Positions 1-9,201 of a DNA stretch of 64,000 bases are shown one piece after another. The notes beneath the pieces were generated by a model. The model had not been told where the DNA came from. It was given only the letters and a program-made list of their open reading frames with translations, and did no database searches. Where the stretch lies: positions 212,278 to 276,277 of the IMG/VR virus record IMGVR_UViG_3300028887_000002, one strand, 5' to 3'. Source of the DNA: a virus (lineage: Duplodnaviria; Heunggongvirae; Uroviricota; Caudoviricetes). Made by a program: the position numbers and the translations under genes. Positions within the stretch are counted from its first letter, which is position 1; the number at the start of each line of letters is the position of its first letter.

Positions 1-168
1 TTGGATATCACCCTTTACATAAGTTTGCCCATTCGCATCCGAAAAAACTTCAACATTATCTTCCTCGCTTCTATTTCCCAAGTCAGCCAATATTAAATTA
101 TAAAGTCTATCTCCCGATTGCATCACAATTTCGGAAATTGATTTTTCCTCGTTAATCATATGTTTCAT
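1..168 (-). CDS. hypothetical protein, C-terminus beyond window start (ATG complement at 166..168; MKHMINEEKSISEIVMQSGDRLYNL...)
   Basis: Open frame on the minus strand running off the left edge, in tight array with downstream minus-strand genes. Confidence 0.4.
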   Translation of the reverse strand, partial: MKHMINEEKSISEIVMQSGDRLYNLILADLGNRSEEDNVEVFSDANGQTYVKGDIQ

Positions 169-189
169 AATCAATTTTCTTTATTTTTG

Positions 190-1107
190 TTATTTTTCCT
201 GTTGATATTCGTCATAAAACGACTCAAGCCCATATGTCAATTCTCCGTACCAAACTTTTGAATTCTCAAAATCATTCAGTTGTTTTATCCTTTCACTAAC
301 CAAATCTGGTTTATAAGTAATAATGTATTTTTCATAAGCGTTACGTAACTTTTTACGAAGGCTCACCTTATTTTTAAAGAATATTAGATGTCCTAAATCA
401 GTAAATCTATCACCTAATTCGTATTGGTAAGAATATAGTGACACATCATTCTCCTTAATATATTCATATAATTTTCCAAATTCCTGAAATTCTGAAAAAC
501 CATCAAGTGTAGCTTTAAACTCATCATTAGTATCTTTTTCAATTAAATAGGAATAGAAATCTTGTGCAATATTTTTTTGTTTCTCCAATTCTTTATATGA
601 AACCAACTCACTAACAACACGGTCAGTTTTAATAATGCTGTTATAAAGTTTAAAAAAACGTTTATACCAGTTGTGCTTATCTGTAAGTTCGTTATAATAT
701 CTTTTTAACTTATGAATTTCCACGCTAACATTTGATTTGAACGATGACAACAACTCATCTTCCACTTGGAATCCGATAAGCCTCATATAATTTTTGTTAT
801 AGTCAAACTCCTGGTTGTAGGTTGTGCGCAAATTTAACAGGTTGAAATAATCTTGTCGGTCAAAACAAATATAGATATAGTATTCCACATTCAGCATATC
901 AATGTCAGGGATAATGTCACTGATTGGATATTCAATGTTTCCTGTTATATAGATTGCGCCGTTTGCCTTTGAAAACATATATTGGTCGGTCTCGACCTTT
1001 TCGTTAAAATCTTTCTCAATTATATCAAACAATCTTTCAGCAGACTCTCTAATTTCTGTCGGCATACATGAATATTCATCATATTCTATTGGTGTGTGAA
1101 TTATCAT
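190..1107 (-). CDS. hypothetical protein (305 aa)
   Basis: Long ORF in the track. An AT-rich CTATTTTTATCAAAAAAG element lies about 28 nt upstream on the minus strand and resembles the putative late-promoter core. Confidence 0.6.
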   Translation of the reverse strand: MIIHTPIEYDEYSCMPTEIRESAERLFDIIEKDFNEKVETDQYMFSKANGAIYITGNIEYPISDIIPDIDMLNVEYYIYICFDRQDYFNLLNLRTTYNQEFDYNKNYMRLIGFQVEDELLSSFKSNVSVEIHKLKRYYNELTDKHNWYKRFFKLYNSIIKTDRVVSELVSYKELEKQKNIAQDFYSYLIEKDTNDEFKATLDGFSEFQEFGKLYEYIKENDVSLYSYQYELGDRFTDLGHLIFFKNKVSLRKKLRNAYEKYIITYKPDLVSERIKQLNDFENSKVWYGELTYGLESFYDEYQQEK

Positions 1108-1162
1108 AAAAAATAACTTTTTTGATAAAAATAGGTGAAATTGAGAAGGAAACCAAGAACGA

Positions 1163-2713
1163 CTAACTTAGATATTCTTCCACCAGTTGATTGACCTCAC
1201 CATCAGATAACAGACGCATCGACTTTATCGGCTTTGGGTCGAAGAGGTAGAGAATATCAGTTGATTCGGTTGCAAACTCATAGGAATTATAACCAGCATC
1301 TTTAAGAAGCAACTTGTCATTATCATTTAACCCATCAATCCCGTCAAATGTTCCTTCGGGATAACCGCACACATCTTCAACTTCGTTTGTATCTGCCACA
1401 CACAACAAATTGTCATCAATAAGATATTCGGCAATATGTGCATTTGGTATAAGAGTTCCATCATCCTCGTCTTCAAATATATAAAGTAGTGTATCCATTG
1501 CGTCAGGTGTCAACCAAATCCCACCTTCTTTATGAGGAATATCGCCAGTGAAACCACGATAGTACTTCGTTGTACCGAAATCACGGCCATCCTCGTTCAA
1601 CTCACCTGAAGTGATGTAGTTGTCACAGATTTGGACACGGTTGTTTTTCATGTCAATGAAGTCGTTGAAGTCGTCCATATCCTTCTTCTCCATAATCTTG
1701 TCACATATTTCAGTCGTCATTTCAGCACCCTTTCGCGTCCCCATGAAAACGTTTTGCAGGTAGTTGTTGAACATTTCGGGTTCCATCCTTGAAACCACCA
1801 TAAGGTAGAAGTTGGGTTCTATCACCGACATGTCAACGTTAATCTTCTTGAACATCTTCATAATAAGTTCCCACAGTGGCAGTCCGATACGCTTATCCCA
1901 TCTGTCGGCAAGGGAGAAGTCAGCCTTCTTCAATATGTATTGTGTCCGTTCAAGGTCATCGGGTAATCCATGGGATATTGCAAGTTCCAATATACCCTTT
2001 ATCCCTTCCATAAGCAACAATGGAAATACCGCACCGCTTGCGACAATCTTCGGGGCAACCTTGTCACCACTTATATATAAGTCAACACTGGAATCGGAAT
2101 AACCCTCGCCGTGTTCGTCCTTCCTTTCGTTTCCCTTGCAGTAGAGTTCAGCCTGTGCCAGTATGTTGTAGTCGTTGTATAAGACAACAAGTTTGGGGTT
2201 GATTTTTTTCACCTCATCAGCATACAGTGATATGTCTGAAGCGTAGTACATTGCCGCCCCGTAAGTAAGTGCGTTGAGCATCCTGCGCTTGTAGACCTCA
2301 TCGGTAAGGCTTGCCATGTCGTCAATGTCACCGAACTCAAAATCGTCAGTCGGTTCGGGGAGTTCCCTGTGGCTTGAAACATCAACGCCAGGTATGAGTT
2401 GCAATACAAGTTCTATAGTATCGTCTGGCACATTGAACAGATTGCATATTACAGCACGGGCAATATCCTCAAGCGTACCAGCATCGGTTTCCTCAGTACG
2501 GCTACAGATACCAGTCAGTTTGTCAAGCATTGAAGGCACTTCCGACAGGTCATGGTCGCCAAGTTCTTCCATAATGCTTGTGAATTTGCGCGAAACCGCC
2601 TTGACAATGAACTTTTCCTCATCCTCTGGAGGGTATGAAGGGTGGTCGCCAAGCGATGTCTTATGCTGTCGTAATGCGTCCAGTATGTATGACGGCAACT
2701 TGAGTTGTTCCAT
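1163..2713 (-). CDS. hypothetical acidic protein (516 aa)
   Basis: Long ORF with higher GC (~45%) than neighbours. No recognisable motif. Antisense ORFs inside it are judged spurious. Confidence 0.6.
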   Translation of the reverse strand: MEQLKLPSYILDALRQHKTSLGDHPSYPPEDEEKFIVKAVSRKFTSIMEELGDHDLSEVPSMLDKLTGICSRTEETDAGTLEDIARAVICNLFNVPDDTIELVLQLIPGVDVSSHRELPEPTDDFEFGDIDDMASLTDEVYKRRMLNALTYGAAMYYASDISLYADEVKKINPKLVVLYNDYNILAQAELYCKGNERKDEHGEGYSDSSVDLYISGDKVAPKIVASGAVFPLLLMEGIKGILELAISHGLPDDLERTQYILKKADFSLADRWDKRIGLPLWELIMKMFKKINVDMSVIEPNFYLMVVSRMEPEMFNNYLQNVFMGTRKGAEMTTEICDKIMEKKDMDDFNDFIDMKNNRVQICDNYITSGELNEDGRDFGTTKYYRGFTGDIPHKEGGIWLTPDAMDTLLYIFEDEDDGTLIPNAHIAEYLIDDNLLCVADTNEVEDVCGYPEGTFDGIDGLNDNDKLLLKDAGYNSYEFATESTDILYLFDPKPIKSMRLLSDGEVNQLVEEYLS

Positions 2714-2717
2714 AGTA

Positions 2718-3116
2718 TTAGAGGTTTTTCAAAAATTTCTTGAAATTTATCTCACGGGAGTTTTCGCGGAGGAAATCCCTTCTCATACGCATAATATCTT
2801 CCTTCGACAATATTCTGCCTTCTTGCATACTTGCGGTAATTTCAGTCGGTTTGCCGTTAACATTAGCCTCGGTTCCCAACTTGACATCAGGGTCATTAAT
2901 GTTTATGCCGTTCTGTGTTGCAAGTTTTGCTGTGTTAGCAAGTGCCACCGACGGATTGTTTTTTTCGGATGATGTTGGGTGTGTCTTGCTTATTGTGACG
3001 TCATTCGACGGACTGTTGTCGCTGATAGATGTATCCTCGTCAATAGTCTGATAGTTTCCAGACATGAGGTATTCGTATTGTGATTCAGTTATTTTGAAGT
3101 TTCTTTTCATAATCAA
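2718..3116 (-). CDS. hypothetical protein (132 aa); N-terminus MIMKRNFKITESQYEYL weakly resembles the CTS-like family motif
   Basis: ORF in the track, 4 nt downstream of the gene at 3134..3553. Confidence 0.5.
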   Translation of the reverse strand: MIMKRNFKITESQYEYLMSGNYQTIDEDTSISDNSPSNDVTISKTHPTSSEKNNPSVALANTAKLATQNGININDPDVKLGTEANVNGKPTEITASMQEGRILSKEDIMRMRRDFLRENSREINFKKFLKNL

Positions 3117-3133
3117 ATAAAATAAAATTGTTA

Positions 3134-3553
3134 TTATTTTCTCCAGAATGAAACAATAAACGAATTAGCGTCAATATCATCAATTGTGCAATAGATGCCG
3201 AACTTATCCGTACCTCTGTTTATAGTTTTGTCCATATTTCTCATCATGCTATCCATCGGTTCATTGTCAAATGCACCAGTATAGTCACTCAAGAATGAAA
3301 CCTTAATGGCATTACCACCCATTTTCCATTCAACAACAGCCAATCCGTTTCCGTATGTACCTATGATAATTGGGTGTTGGTTTGTATATTTCGGCATACG
3401 GTAAGGGACATCAAGCAAGTCGTATATCCAGTCAGTTGTAATTTCCTTGCCGTCGATATAGGCTGGCTGGCGGTTGTTATTCATACTTTCGTTTAAAATA
3501 CGTTTCATACTGTTTTTTACTGCGTCACGTATTTGTTTCTCAGTTATCTCCAT
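3134..3553 (-). CDS. hypothetical protein with CTS-like N-terminal motif MEITEKQIRDAVKNSMKRILNE (start taken at the ATG at 3553 rather than the TTG at 3559)
   Basis: N-terminal 22 aa align position by position with the N-termini of the 48840..49190 and 38156..38800 proteins. ATATTTATT element 21 nt upstream. Confidence 0.6.
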   Translation of the reverse strand: MEITEKQIRDAVKNSMKRILNESMNNNRQPAYIDGKEITTDWIYDLLDVPYRMPKYTNQHPIIIGTYGNGLAVVEWKMGGNAIKVSFLSDYTGAFDNEPMDSMMRNMDKTINRGTDKFGIYCTIDDIDANSFIVSFWRK

Positions 3554-3574
3554 ATTCAATTAAATATTTTTTAA

Positions 3575-3615
3575 TAAATATTTGGTTGTTTGAAAAATAG
3601 TTTATATTTTTGCCA
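3575..3615 (+). promoter_or_regulatory. Bacteroidota-type promoter (TTTG 3581..3584, TATTTTTG 3605..3612, 20-nt spacing); part of a conserved divergent promoter block that is also present at 24364..24456
   Basis: Matches the -33 TTTG / -7 TAnnTTTG consensus. The ~60-nt block is about 80% identical to 24380..24440. Confidence 0.6.
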
Positions 3616-3643
3616 CGAATTTTAAAAATGAAAGGGTTATATT

Positions 3644-4222
3644 ATGTTAAGCGAGGAAAGAATTAATGCAAACTACTTGAAGTTCATCCAATACCTTGAG
3701 AAGTACGGATGCTATTCGGAAGAAATGATTAACGACATGGGGGAAAGAATCAAGAACGCCCCGTATTCTGGAACAGTTGACTTTGGCGGTGCCTACAGGG
3801 GTGGCCTTATTGACGTTACCTTGAACGTGCTTTGTAGGGTCGGTCACTTTGTAAACAGCGCACTGACGACAAACTGCAAGTTCCTTGGGGTAAACCAGAA
3901 TATGCTTATGAAGGTATTACTTTTGCTCAACGTGGCAAAGGCTGATATGTTCATACCGCAATCAAACGACTGGAAACGCAAGAATGGTATGCCCTACGAG
4001 TTCGTGGACAGCAAGACCAAGTTGAAGTTCGGTGAAAGAAGCCTATACCTGTGCCAGAAGTACGGAATTAAGTTGGAGGAGGAAGAGTTCGAGGCATTCC
4101 TCTGCATTGACCGCGAGGAGGACGCTGGCGAGAGATTCAGTTCACCGCTATATGCTATGGTGAAGGCTACCAAAATGTTCACGCTTGTCTATAACAGACA
4201 GTTGGTTTTGAGCGAAAAGTGA
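3644..4222 (+). CDS. hypothetical protein (192 aa)
   Basis: ORF directly downstream of the promoter at 3575..3615. Confidence 0.6.
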   Translation: MLSEERINANYLKFIQYLEKYGCYSEEMINDMGERIKNAPYSGTVDFGGAYRGGLIDVTLNVLCRVGHFVNSALTTNCKFLGVNQNMLMKVLLLLNVAKADMFIPQSNDWKRKNGMPYEFVDSKTKLKFGERSLYLCQKYGIKLEEEEFEAFLCIDREEDAGERFSSPLYAMVKATKMFTLVYNRQLVLSEK

Positions 4223-4395
4223 TAGATTCGTTTGATGTTGATAAAAGAGGTTATATAGAACATCATGGGTATGATATTAATGTCAATGATGCAAAAACCG
4301 ACCCAATCGGGTTCTTAAATTTCTTTTCAGAAAAATATGAAGAACCAGAAGATTGGTATGAAAGGGCAGAGCATGGTGATTTTGATAACGATTAA
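4219..4395 (+). CDS. possible small ORF (58 aa, GTG start overlapping the upstream stop as GTGA)
   Basis: Open frame VIDSFDVDKRGYIEHHGYDINVND... ending before a terminator hairpin. Below the ORF-track size cut-off. Confidence 0.3.
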   Translation: MIDSFDVDKRGYIEHHGYDINVNDAKTDPIGFLNFFSEKYEEPEDWYERAEHGDFDND

Positions 4396-4459
4396 ACTGC
4401 TTCGCATAATCCAAGTTCATCATATCTTATAATAAACCCAATAGATTACTTAACTATAT

Positions 4460-4492
4460 AAGCGAATCAATATTTGGTTCGCTTTTTCTTTT
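4460..4492 (+). terminator. rho-independent terminator-like hairpin (AGCGAA ... TTCGCT followed by TTTTTCTTTT)
   Basis: 6-7 bp stem plus T-run read directly from the sequence. Confidence 0.5.
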
Positions 4493-4531
4493 ATATTCAC
4501 TTGTTTTTATTTGTTCCCATAACTATTTTCA

Positions 4532-5674
4532 TTGAAAATTAATTTTATTTCGATGAAGAAAATATGGTTATGGCTTAAGTTAGCGTTCACATACCTGGCA
4601 TATGGTATGAAGAAGACCGAGCAGGACATCCTCACCACCAAGGGTTTGAAGGATGACGTTGACAGTGGCATTGAGGCTGAGGTTACAGACCAGCGAGTAT
4701 CAAAGGCTTTGCTGAAGGGTGAACTCACACAGGCGGTAAAGGAGTTGCGTTACAGGACGTACAAGGTCGATGCTGCATCAAGATTCTTTGAATATTATTC
4801 CCCGACACTTACCCACAAGCGCGAGAAACTTGAACAGAAAATGGTTGTATTTGAAAATTCCGACAATAGGGAACTCATAGTTATACAACCCAACTTTACA
4901 AAGACCGAGTCGTTGCTCGAATCAATGGAGAGGATTGAGAGACATGAGGAACGCAAGGAAGAATACTACCTTTACATAGGAAGGGAATATGATTTCAGTC
5001 CGAGGTTTCCGTTGGAGAAATACACGACAAAGGTTGCAGTTTTCAAGGGTGATGATGAAGAACATGCTGTAATCGACTTCTATGTATCGAAGTATGCCAA
5101 TCCAGACCTTAAGGTATCAAAGGCGTTCATCAGCGAGGTCGAAAGGGTTAGGGATATAGGAAAGTCAAGTGACATTACTGATATAAACGAACTCACCTTT
5201 ATGACACTTAACGCTTATGGTGTTGTTGATATGTTCCTTTATACATTCAAGGACTTCAAATTTATGAAGGTGTTGGAATTTGACGGCAGTTATGTAATAA
5301 GGTTTGGCTGTAGAATCGATGTCAATGGCGAGGATATGACCAAGGAATACTACTGCAAGGAGATGGATGAGAAATATAAGACCAACGCCCCGAAGGATTT
5401 TGTAGTGGACATTACCAACACCCCAGTGGTAAGGGAGTATGTATGTGCCGAATGCGGTAAGGTTGTTAGATACGATACTGCGGAAATAAATGCATTGGAA
5501 CCAGTATCGCTGGATGAACTGGACGAACAGGAGGAAAAAAGCAGTGTGACTGAATACATGGACATGGAGATGTCGGAACAGACATTTGGCAAGATGCTGT
5601 GCAAGGATTGTCTTGAAAAGAAACTGAATAGCCTCAAGTCCGTATATGAAAAGAGAACGAATAATAACAAGTAA
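4532..5674 (+). CDS. hypothetical protein with C-terminal zinc-ribbon (CAECG...CKDC); true start may be an internal Met (for example 4607)
   Basis: Long ORF with paired CxxC motifs near the C-terminus. Confidence 0.55.
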   Translation: MKINFISMKKIWLWLKLAFTYLAYGMKKTEQDILTTKGLKDDVDSGIEAEVTDQRVSKALLKGELTQAVKELRYRTYKVDAASRFFEYYSPTLTHKREKLEQKMVVFENSDNRELIVIQPNFTKTESLLESMERIERHEERKEEYYLYIGREYDFSPRFPLEKYTTKVAVFKGDDEEHAVIDFYVSKYANPDLKVSKAFISEVERVRDIGKSSDITDINELTFMTLNAYGVVDMFLYTFKDFKFMKVLEFDGSYVIRFGCRIDVNGEDMTKEYYCKEMDEKYKTNAPKDFVVDITNTPVVREYVCAECGKVVRYDTAEINALEPVSLDELDEQEEKSSVTEYMDMEMSEQTFGKMLCKDCLEKKLNSLKSVYEKRTNNNK

Positions 5675-5688
5675 ATTTATATAAAACT

Positions 5689-6144
5689 ATGAGTGACAAT
5701 ATTTTAGAAAACTATCTTAAACAGGTAGAAGAAGACAAGAAGAATGAAAACAACGACCTTCCAAATGGTATTAAGCGTGAAGATATGACAGACGAGCAGT
5801 ATGAACTCTATCAGAAGGAACTGAACAAACTCAGACAGCAGTCGAATGCGGAAGCCGAAGCAAAGAGGAAGTTCAATGAAACCTACATCAAGATTTCAGA
5901 GGAAAGCCTCATATCTACAGACAAACTGGCAGTTGAGGATGCAACCATAAAGGTAAAGAGGGCATATTGTCCTCATTGTGGCAAGGAAATAGTATCCAAG
6001 TTGCCGTCGATGTGGAATCCTTATACAGGAGAAAAGATTTGCCGTTATGACTGTGAATGTGGTTTCAAGGCTAATCTAGAATATACTTATCCAAGGCTAG
6101 TAATACTTGACAAGGATGGAAACGAACTTGATATTCAATTCTAA
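5689..6144 (+). CDS. hypothetical zinc-ribbon protein (CPHCG ... CRYDCECG)
   Basis: ORF with CxxC pairs. Confidence 0.6.
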   Translation: MSDNILENYLKQVEEDKKNENNDLPNGIKREDMTDEQYELYQKELNKLRQQSNAEAEAKRKFNETYIKISEESLISTDKLAVEDATIKVKRAYCPHCGKEIVSKLPSMWNPYTGEKICRYDCECGFKANLEYTYPRLVILDKDGNELDIQF

Positions 6145-6173
6145 TAATAATGAGAAGAAATTGTAATTGAGAA

Positions 6174-6773
6174 ATGAAGAAGACTATTGCGATTGACCTT
6201 AATGATGTGGTAAGGGATTTCAGCGGGCAGTTTACCTTCTTATACAAGAAGTACATTGATGGTACTTGTGAAATCAAGAAGGAAGACATTACCGATTTTG
6301 ACCTATCGAATGTGTTTGAGTTCGAGGATGAAGATGCATACAGGAACTTCAGATTTGTCGACTATGCATTCGACCTTCATGCACGGGCAATGATGTGTGA
6401 CGACAGGCTGAGTGCATCGTTGAACAACTGGATTTGCAATGAGTTGGGCAATCTTGACGAGCCTCCGACAGTATTGGTGGTAAGTCCGTTTGAGATTGCG
6501 CTTACAATCCAGTCAACACTTTCGTTCCTTGCCGCACACGGCTGTAGGGAGAGAGAATATTACTTCCCGATGGATTCGGCGACTATATGGGACAGATGTG
6601 ACGTTCTTATTACGGCTAATCCTAACCTTATCGCTATGAAACCCGAAGGCAAGACTGCCATCAAGATTGACGCTGCTTATAACAAGGATGTTGAAAGTGA
6701 TTATGCATTCAAGTCGATGATGGATGTTATTGAAGATAAGGAAGAAACTGTATTAAAACTATTGGAGGAATAG
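6174..6773 (+). CDS. HAD-fold 5'(3')-deoxyribonucleotidase (NT5C)-like protein with a degenerate active site
   Basis: IAIDLNDVVRDFSGQF resembles the NT5C motif I VLVDMDGVLADFEGGF, and VVSP resembles motif II. The second motif-I Asp is Asn, and the motif-IV Asp pair is replaced (VLITANPN). Confidence 0.45.
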   Translation: MKKTIAIDLNDVVRDFSGQFTFLYKKYIDGTCEIKKEDITDFDLSNVFEFEDEDAYRNFRFVDYAFDLHARAMMCDDRLSASLNNWICNELGNLDEPPTVLVVSPFEIALTIQSTLSFLAAHGCREREYYFPMDSATIWDRCDVLITANPNLIAMKPEGKTAIKIDAAYNKDVESDYAFKSMMDVIEDKEETVLKLLEE

Positions 6774-6776
6774 ACA

Positions 6777-7166
6777 ATGAGTGAATTTATTTTATTTGAA
6801 GACAAGAAGTATGCACTGGACTTGAACAAGTGCATTGAGTTTATGTTGAGTGGCAAGGACGTTGAAACCAGCAAGACCGAGACATACGGACTACTTGAAG
6901 ATACCAATAAGTTGGAAATGGTAGGACGTGAGTTTTCTGAAACAAAGAGTGCTTGTAACGATGTAATATCGAACATCAAGTACGACCTGCTGAAGAACGT
7001 GTTGAATATGCTTTTCTCGCCGATATTTGATTCAAGCGGACAGCCGTTGATGGTTAAATGCTTTGACCATATGCACTTTGGACAGATGCTGGCTTTCAAC
7101 ACATTGGTTAATGCTGGAATTTTGATTGAAATTGATGAAGATAACGAAAATAAAATTGAATATTAA
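6777..7166 (+). CDS. hypothetical protein (129 aa)
   Basis: ORF with compact spacing to its neighbours. Confidence 0.55.
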   Translation: MSEFILFEDKKYALDLNKCIEFMLSGKDVETSKTETYGLLEDTNKLEMVGREFSETKSACNDVISNIKYDLLKNVLNMLFSPIFDSSGQPLMVKCFDHMHFGQMLAFNTLVNAGILIEIDEDNENKIEY

Positions 7167-7174
7167 TAAGAACT

Positions 7175-8350
7175 ATGAGCAACAAGAAGGACACTAAGAT
7201 TATAGAGAGGGTTGATTTTGCCATAAGCAATATCAAGGAAAAGAAGAACAAGTGGTTTTTCTTCGTGGTAGATTCCAAGAACGTGCCTAATTCAGGTATG
7301 GAATATATGTACCAGATGGCGTACACATTGAAGGAAAAGGGGTTTGATGTTACAATGCTTTACCAGTTGGACAATGAATATACGCCTGAAGAGATTGAAG
7401 ACCTCAAGAAGAAGAATATGCCGTTGGATAACAACCGCGTATTTACTGGGGTTGGCGAATGGCTAGGAACTGAATATGCCGAACTTCCACATATGAACAT
7501 TCAGAAGGAACAGTGGGTTGTTTCACCATCGGACTTTCTGTTTGTACCAGAGGTATTTTCATCGCTTTTGAAACAGACCTACCAACACAATATTCCGTGC
7601 AAGCGCTTTGTTGTATTGCAGAACTATGACTACATCAGCGAGTTTATTCCATTTGGTGACCAGTGGGCATCTTACGGCGTGGGTGATGCTATTGCAACGA
7701 CTGAACAACAGAAGGAACTTATATTAAACGTATTCCCATATTTGAAGTGCAAGGTACTCAATCCTTATATAAAGGAATGTTTCAGAAGTCCGATTAAGCC
7801 ACAGAACCTTATTGTTAATATCATCAGCAAGAGACAGTCGGATGTAAACCGCATCATTAAGCCGTTCTATTGGAGAAACCCGTGGTTGCAGTTCGTAACT
7901 TTCAGAGACTTGCGTGGTTATTCGCAGAGCGAATTTGCTGACAAACTTAAGGAAGGTGCCATTACTGTATGGGTTGACGATGAAACGCCTTTCGGATACA
8001 GTGCACTTGAAGCAATAAGATGTAATAATATTGTATTAGGTAAAATACCTCAGAACATTCCCGAATGGATGGGCAACAAGGAAAAGCTCTTTGATAATGG
8101 TATTTGGTTCAGCAACATTAATGATGTGCCAGATATGCTTGCTAATATTGTCACATCGTGGATGAACGATGAAATACCCGAACCTTTCATTAATGCTATG
8201 AATGAGACAAACAAACTTTATACCCGTGAGGATTGGGAAAGCAACATTGACGGTATCTTCAACAGCATAATGGAAGAACGCATTGCCGAACTTGAGAATG
8301 TAAAGGAAACCATCAAGAATAAGAAGAATAACGAAGAGGAGGCTGAATAA
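7175..8350 (+). CDS. GT-B fold glycosyltransferase (GT4/GT1-like)
   Basis: C-terminal FGYSALEAIRCNNIVLG matches the E-x7-E region of retaining GT-B enzymes. Size and layout are consistent. Confidence 0.65.
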   Translation: MSNKKDTKIIERVDFAISNIKEKKNKWFFFVVDSKNVPNSGMEYMYQMAYTLKEKGFDVTMLYQLDNEYTPEEIEDLKKKNMPLDNNRVFTGVGEWLGTEYAELPHMNIQKEQWVVSPSDFLFVPEVFSSLLKQTYQHNIPCKRFVVLQNYDYISEFIPFGDQWASYGVGDAIATTEQQKELILNVFPYLKCKVLNPYIKECFRSPIKPQNLIVNIISKRQSDVNRIIKPFYWRNPWLQFVTFRDLRGYSQSEFADKLKEGAITVWVDDETPFGYSALEAIRCNNIVLGKIPQNIPEWMGNKEKLFDNGIWFSNINDVPDMLANIVTSWMNDEIPEPFINAMNETNKLYTREDWESNIDGIFNSIMEERIAELENVKETIKNKKNNEEEAE

Positions 8351-9180
8351 TGGAAAATATGGCTAATTTTAACGATATTGCAGTAATTGTTCCACTGCAT
8401 AAGATTGACGAAAACAACGATAAGAAGTATATGGACGATTCATACAACAGTGTTGTTGAATGCCGTAAGTTTTATAATGGAAGCCTTGACTTGGTTTATG
8501 TTGTTGCCCCAGAAGTTGAAACTTATATCAAGAGTTTCCTTGAAGGCAAGGTAGGTTGCAATTACATTGTTAACACCACTGGCGAGACTGACTTCTGTTC
8601 ACAGATAAACTTTGCTGTCGATAATATTGACGAGAAGTACCAGTATTTCAGCATACTTGAATATGATGACGTATACAGGCCGAAGTGGTTCAAGATGGCA
8701 TCGGATTATTACCGTACCAACGAACAGGTCTCCATATTTCTCCCAGTAAATATTATTCATTCATCCGATGATGAGAGATGGCAGTATGGTAATGAGTTAC
8801 CACTTGCTGGTTCGTTCAGCAACAACCTTGGGTTCATTGACAACGAATGTCTTGAAACCTATTTCAACGTAAACTTGACTGGTGGTATCTTCAACCGTGA
8901 GGACTTTGTTAGTGCTGGCAAGTACAAACCGTCAATAAAGGTTGCGTTCAACTATGAACTTTTGCTCAGAATGACAAAGAAGGAATACAAGGTTATGGTA
9001 GTTCCGAAGGAGGGTTATGTCCATATGATTGGCAGGGAAGGTTGTCTTAACATGATATATATGCAGACAATCCCCGACAAGGATGTAAAGAAATGGTTTG
9101 AACTTGCAAAAAGGGAAAGTAAGTTTGACGAGGATAGGAAGAAGGCTATTTCCAGCAAGGAAAGTGAAGACTTAAAATAA
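8350..9180 (+). CDS. GT-A fold family 2 glycosyltransferase
   Basis: N-terminal IAVIVPLH followed by a DxD-type motif (LEYDDV), typical of GT2. Confidence 0.7.
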   Translation: MENMANFNDIAVIVPLHKIDENNDKKYMDDSYNSVVECRKFYNGSLDLVYVVAPEVETYIKSFLEGKVGCNYIVNTTGETDFCSQINFAVDNIDEKYQYFSILEYDDVYRPKWFKMASDYYRTNEQVSIFLPVNIIHSSDDERWQYGNELPLAGSFSNNLGFIDNECLETYFNVNLTGGIFNREDFVSAGKYKPSIKVAFNYELLLRMTKKEYKVMVVPKEGYVHMIGREGCLNMIYMQTIPDKDVKKWFELAKRESKFDEDRKKAISSKESEDLK

Positions 9181-9201
9181 GAAGACTTATGTTGATACGC
9201 C

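Noticed and set aside
1163-2713. Calling the 516-aa acidic protein a gp20-like portal because of its similar length
   Set aside because: No alignable blocks to T4 gp20 could be found by eye, and length alone is not evidence.
2316-2972. 218-aa Ser-rich plus-strand ORF
   Set aside because: It is antisense to, and wholly within or overlapping, the well-supported minus-strand genes 1163..2713 and 2718..3116. The low-complexity translation is typical of a spurious antisense frame.
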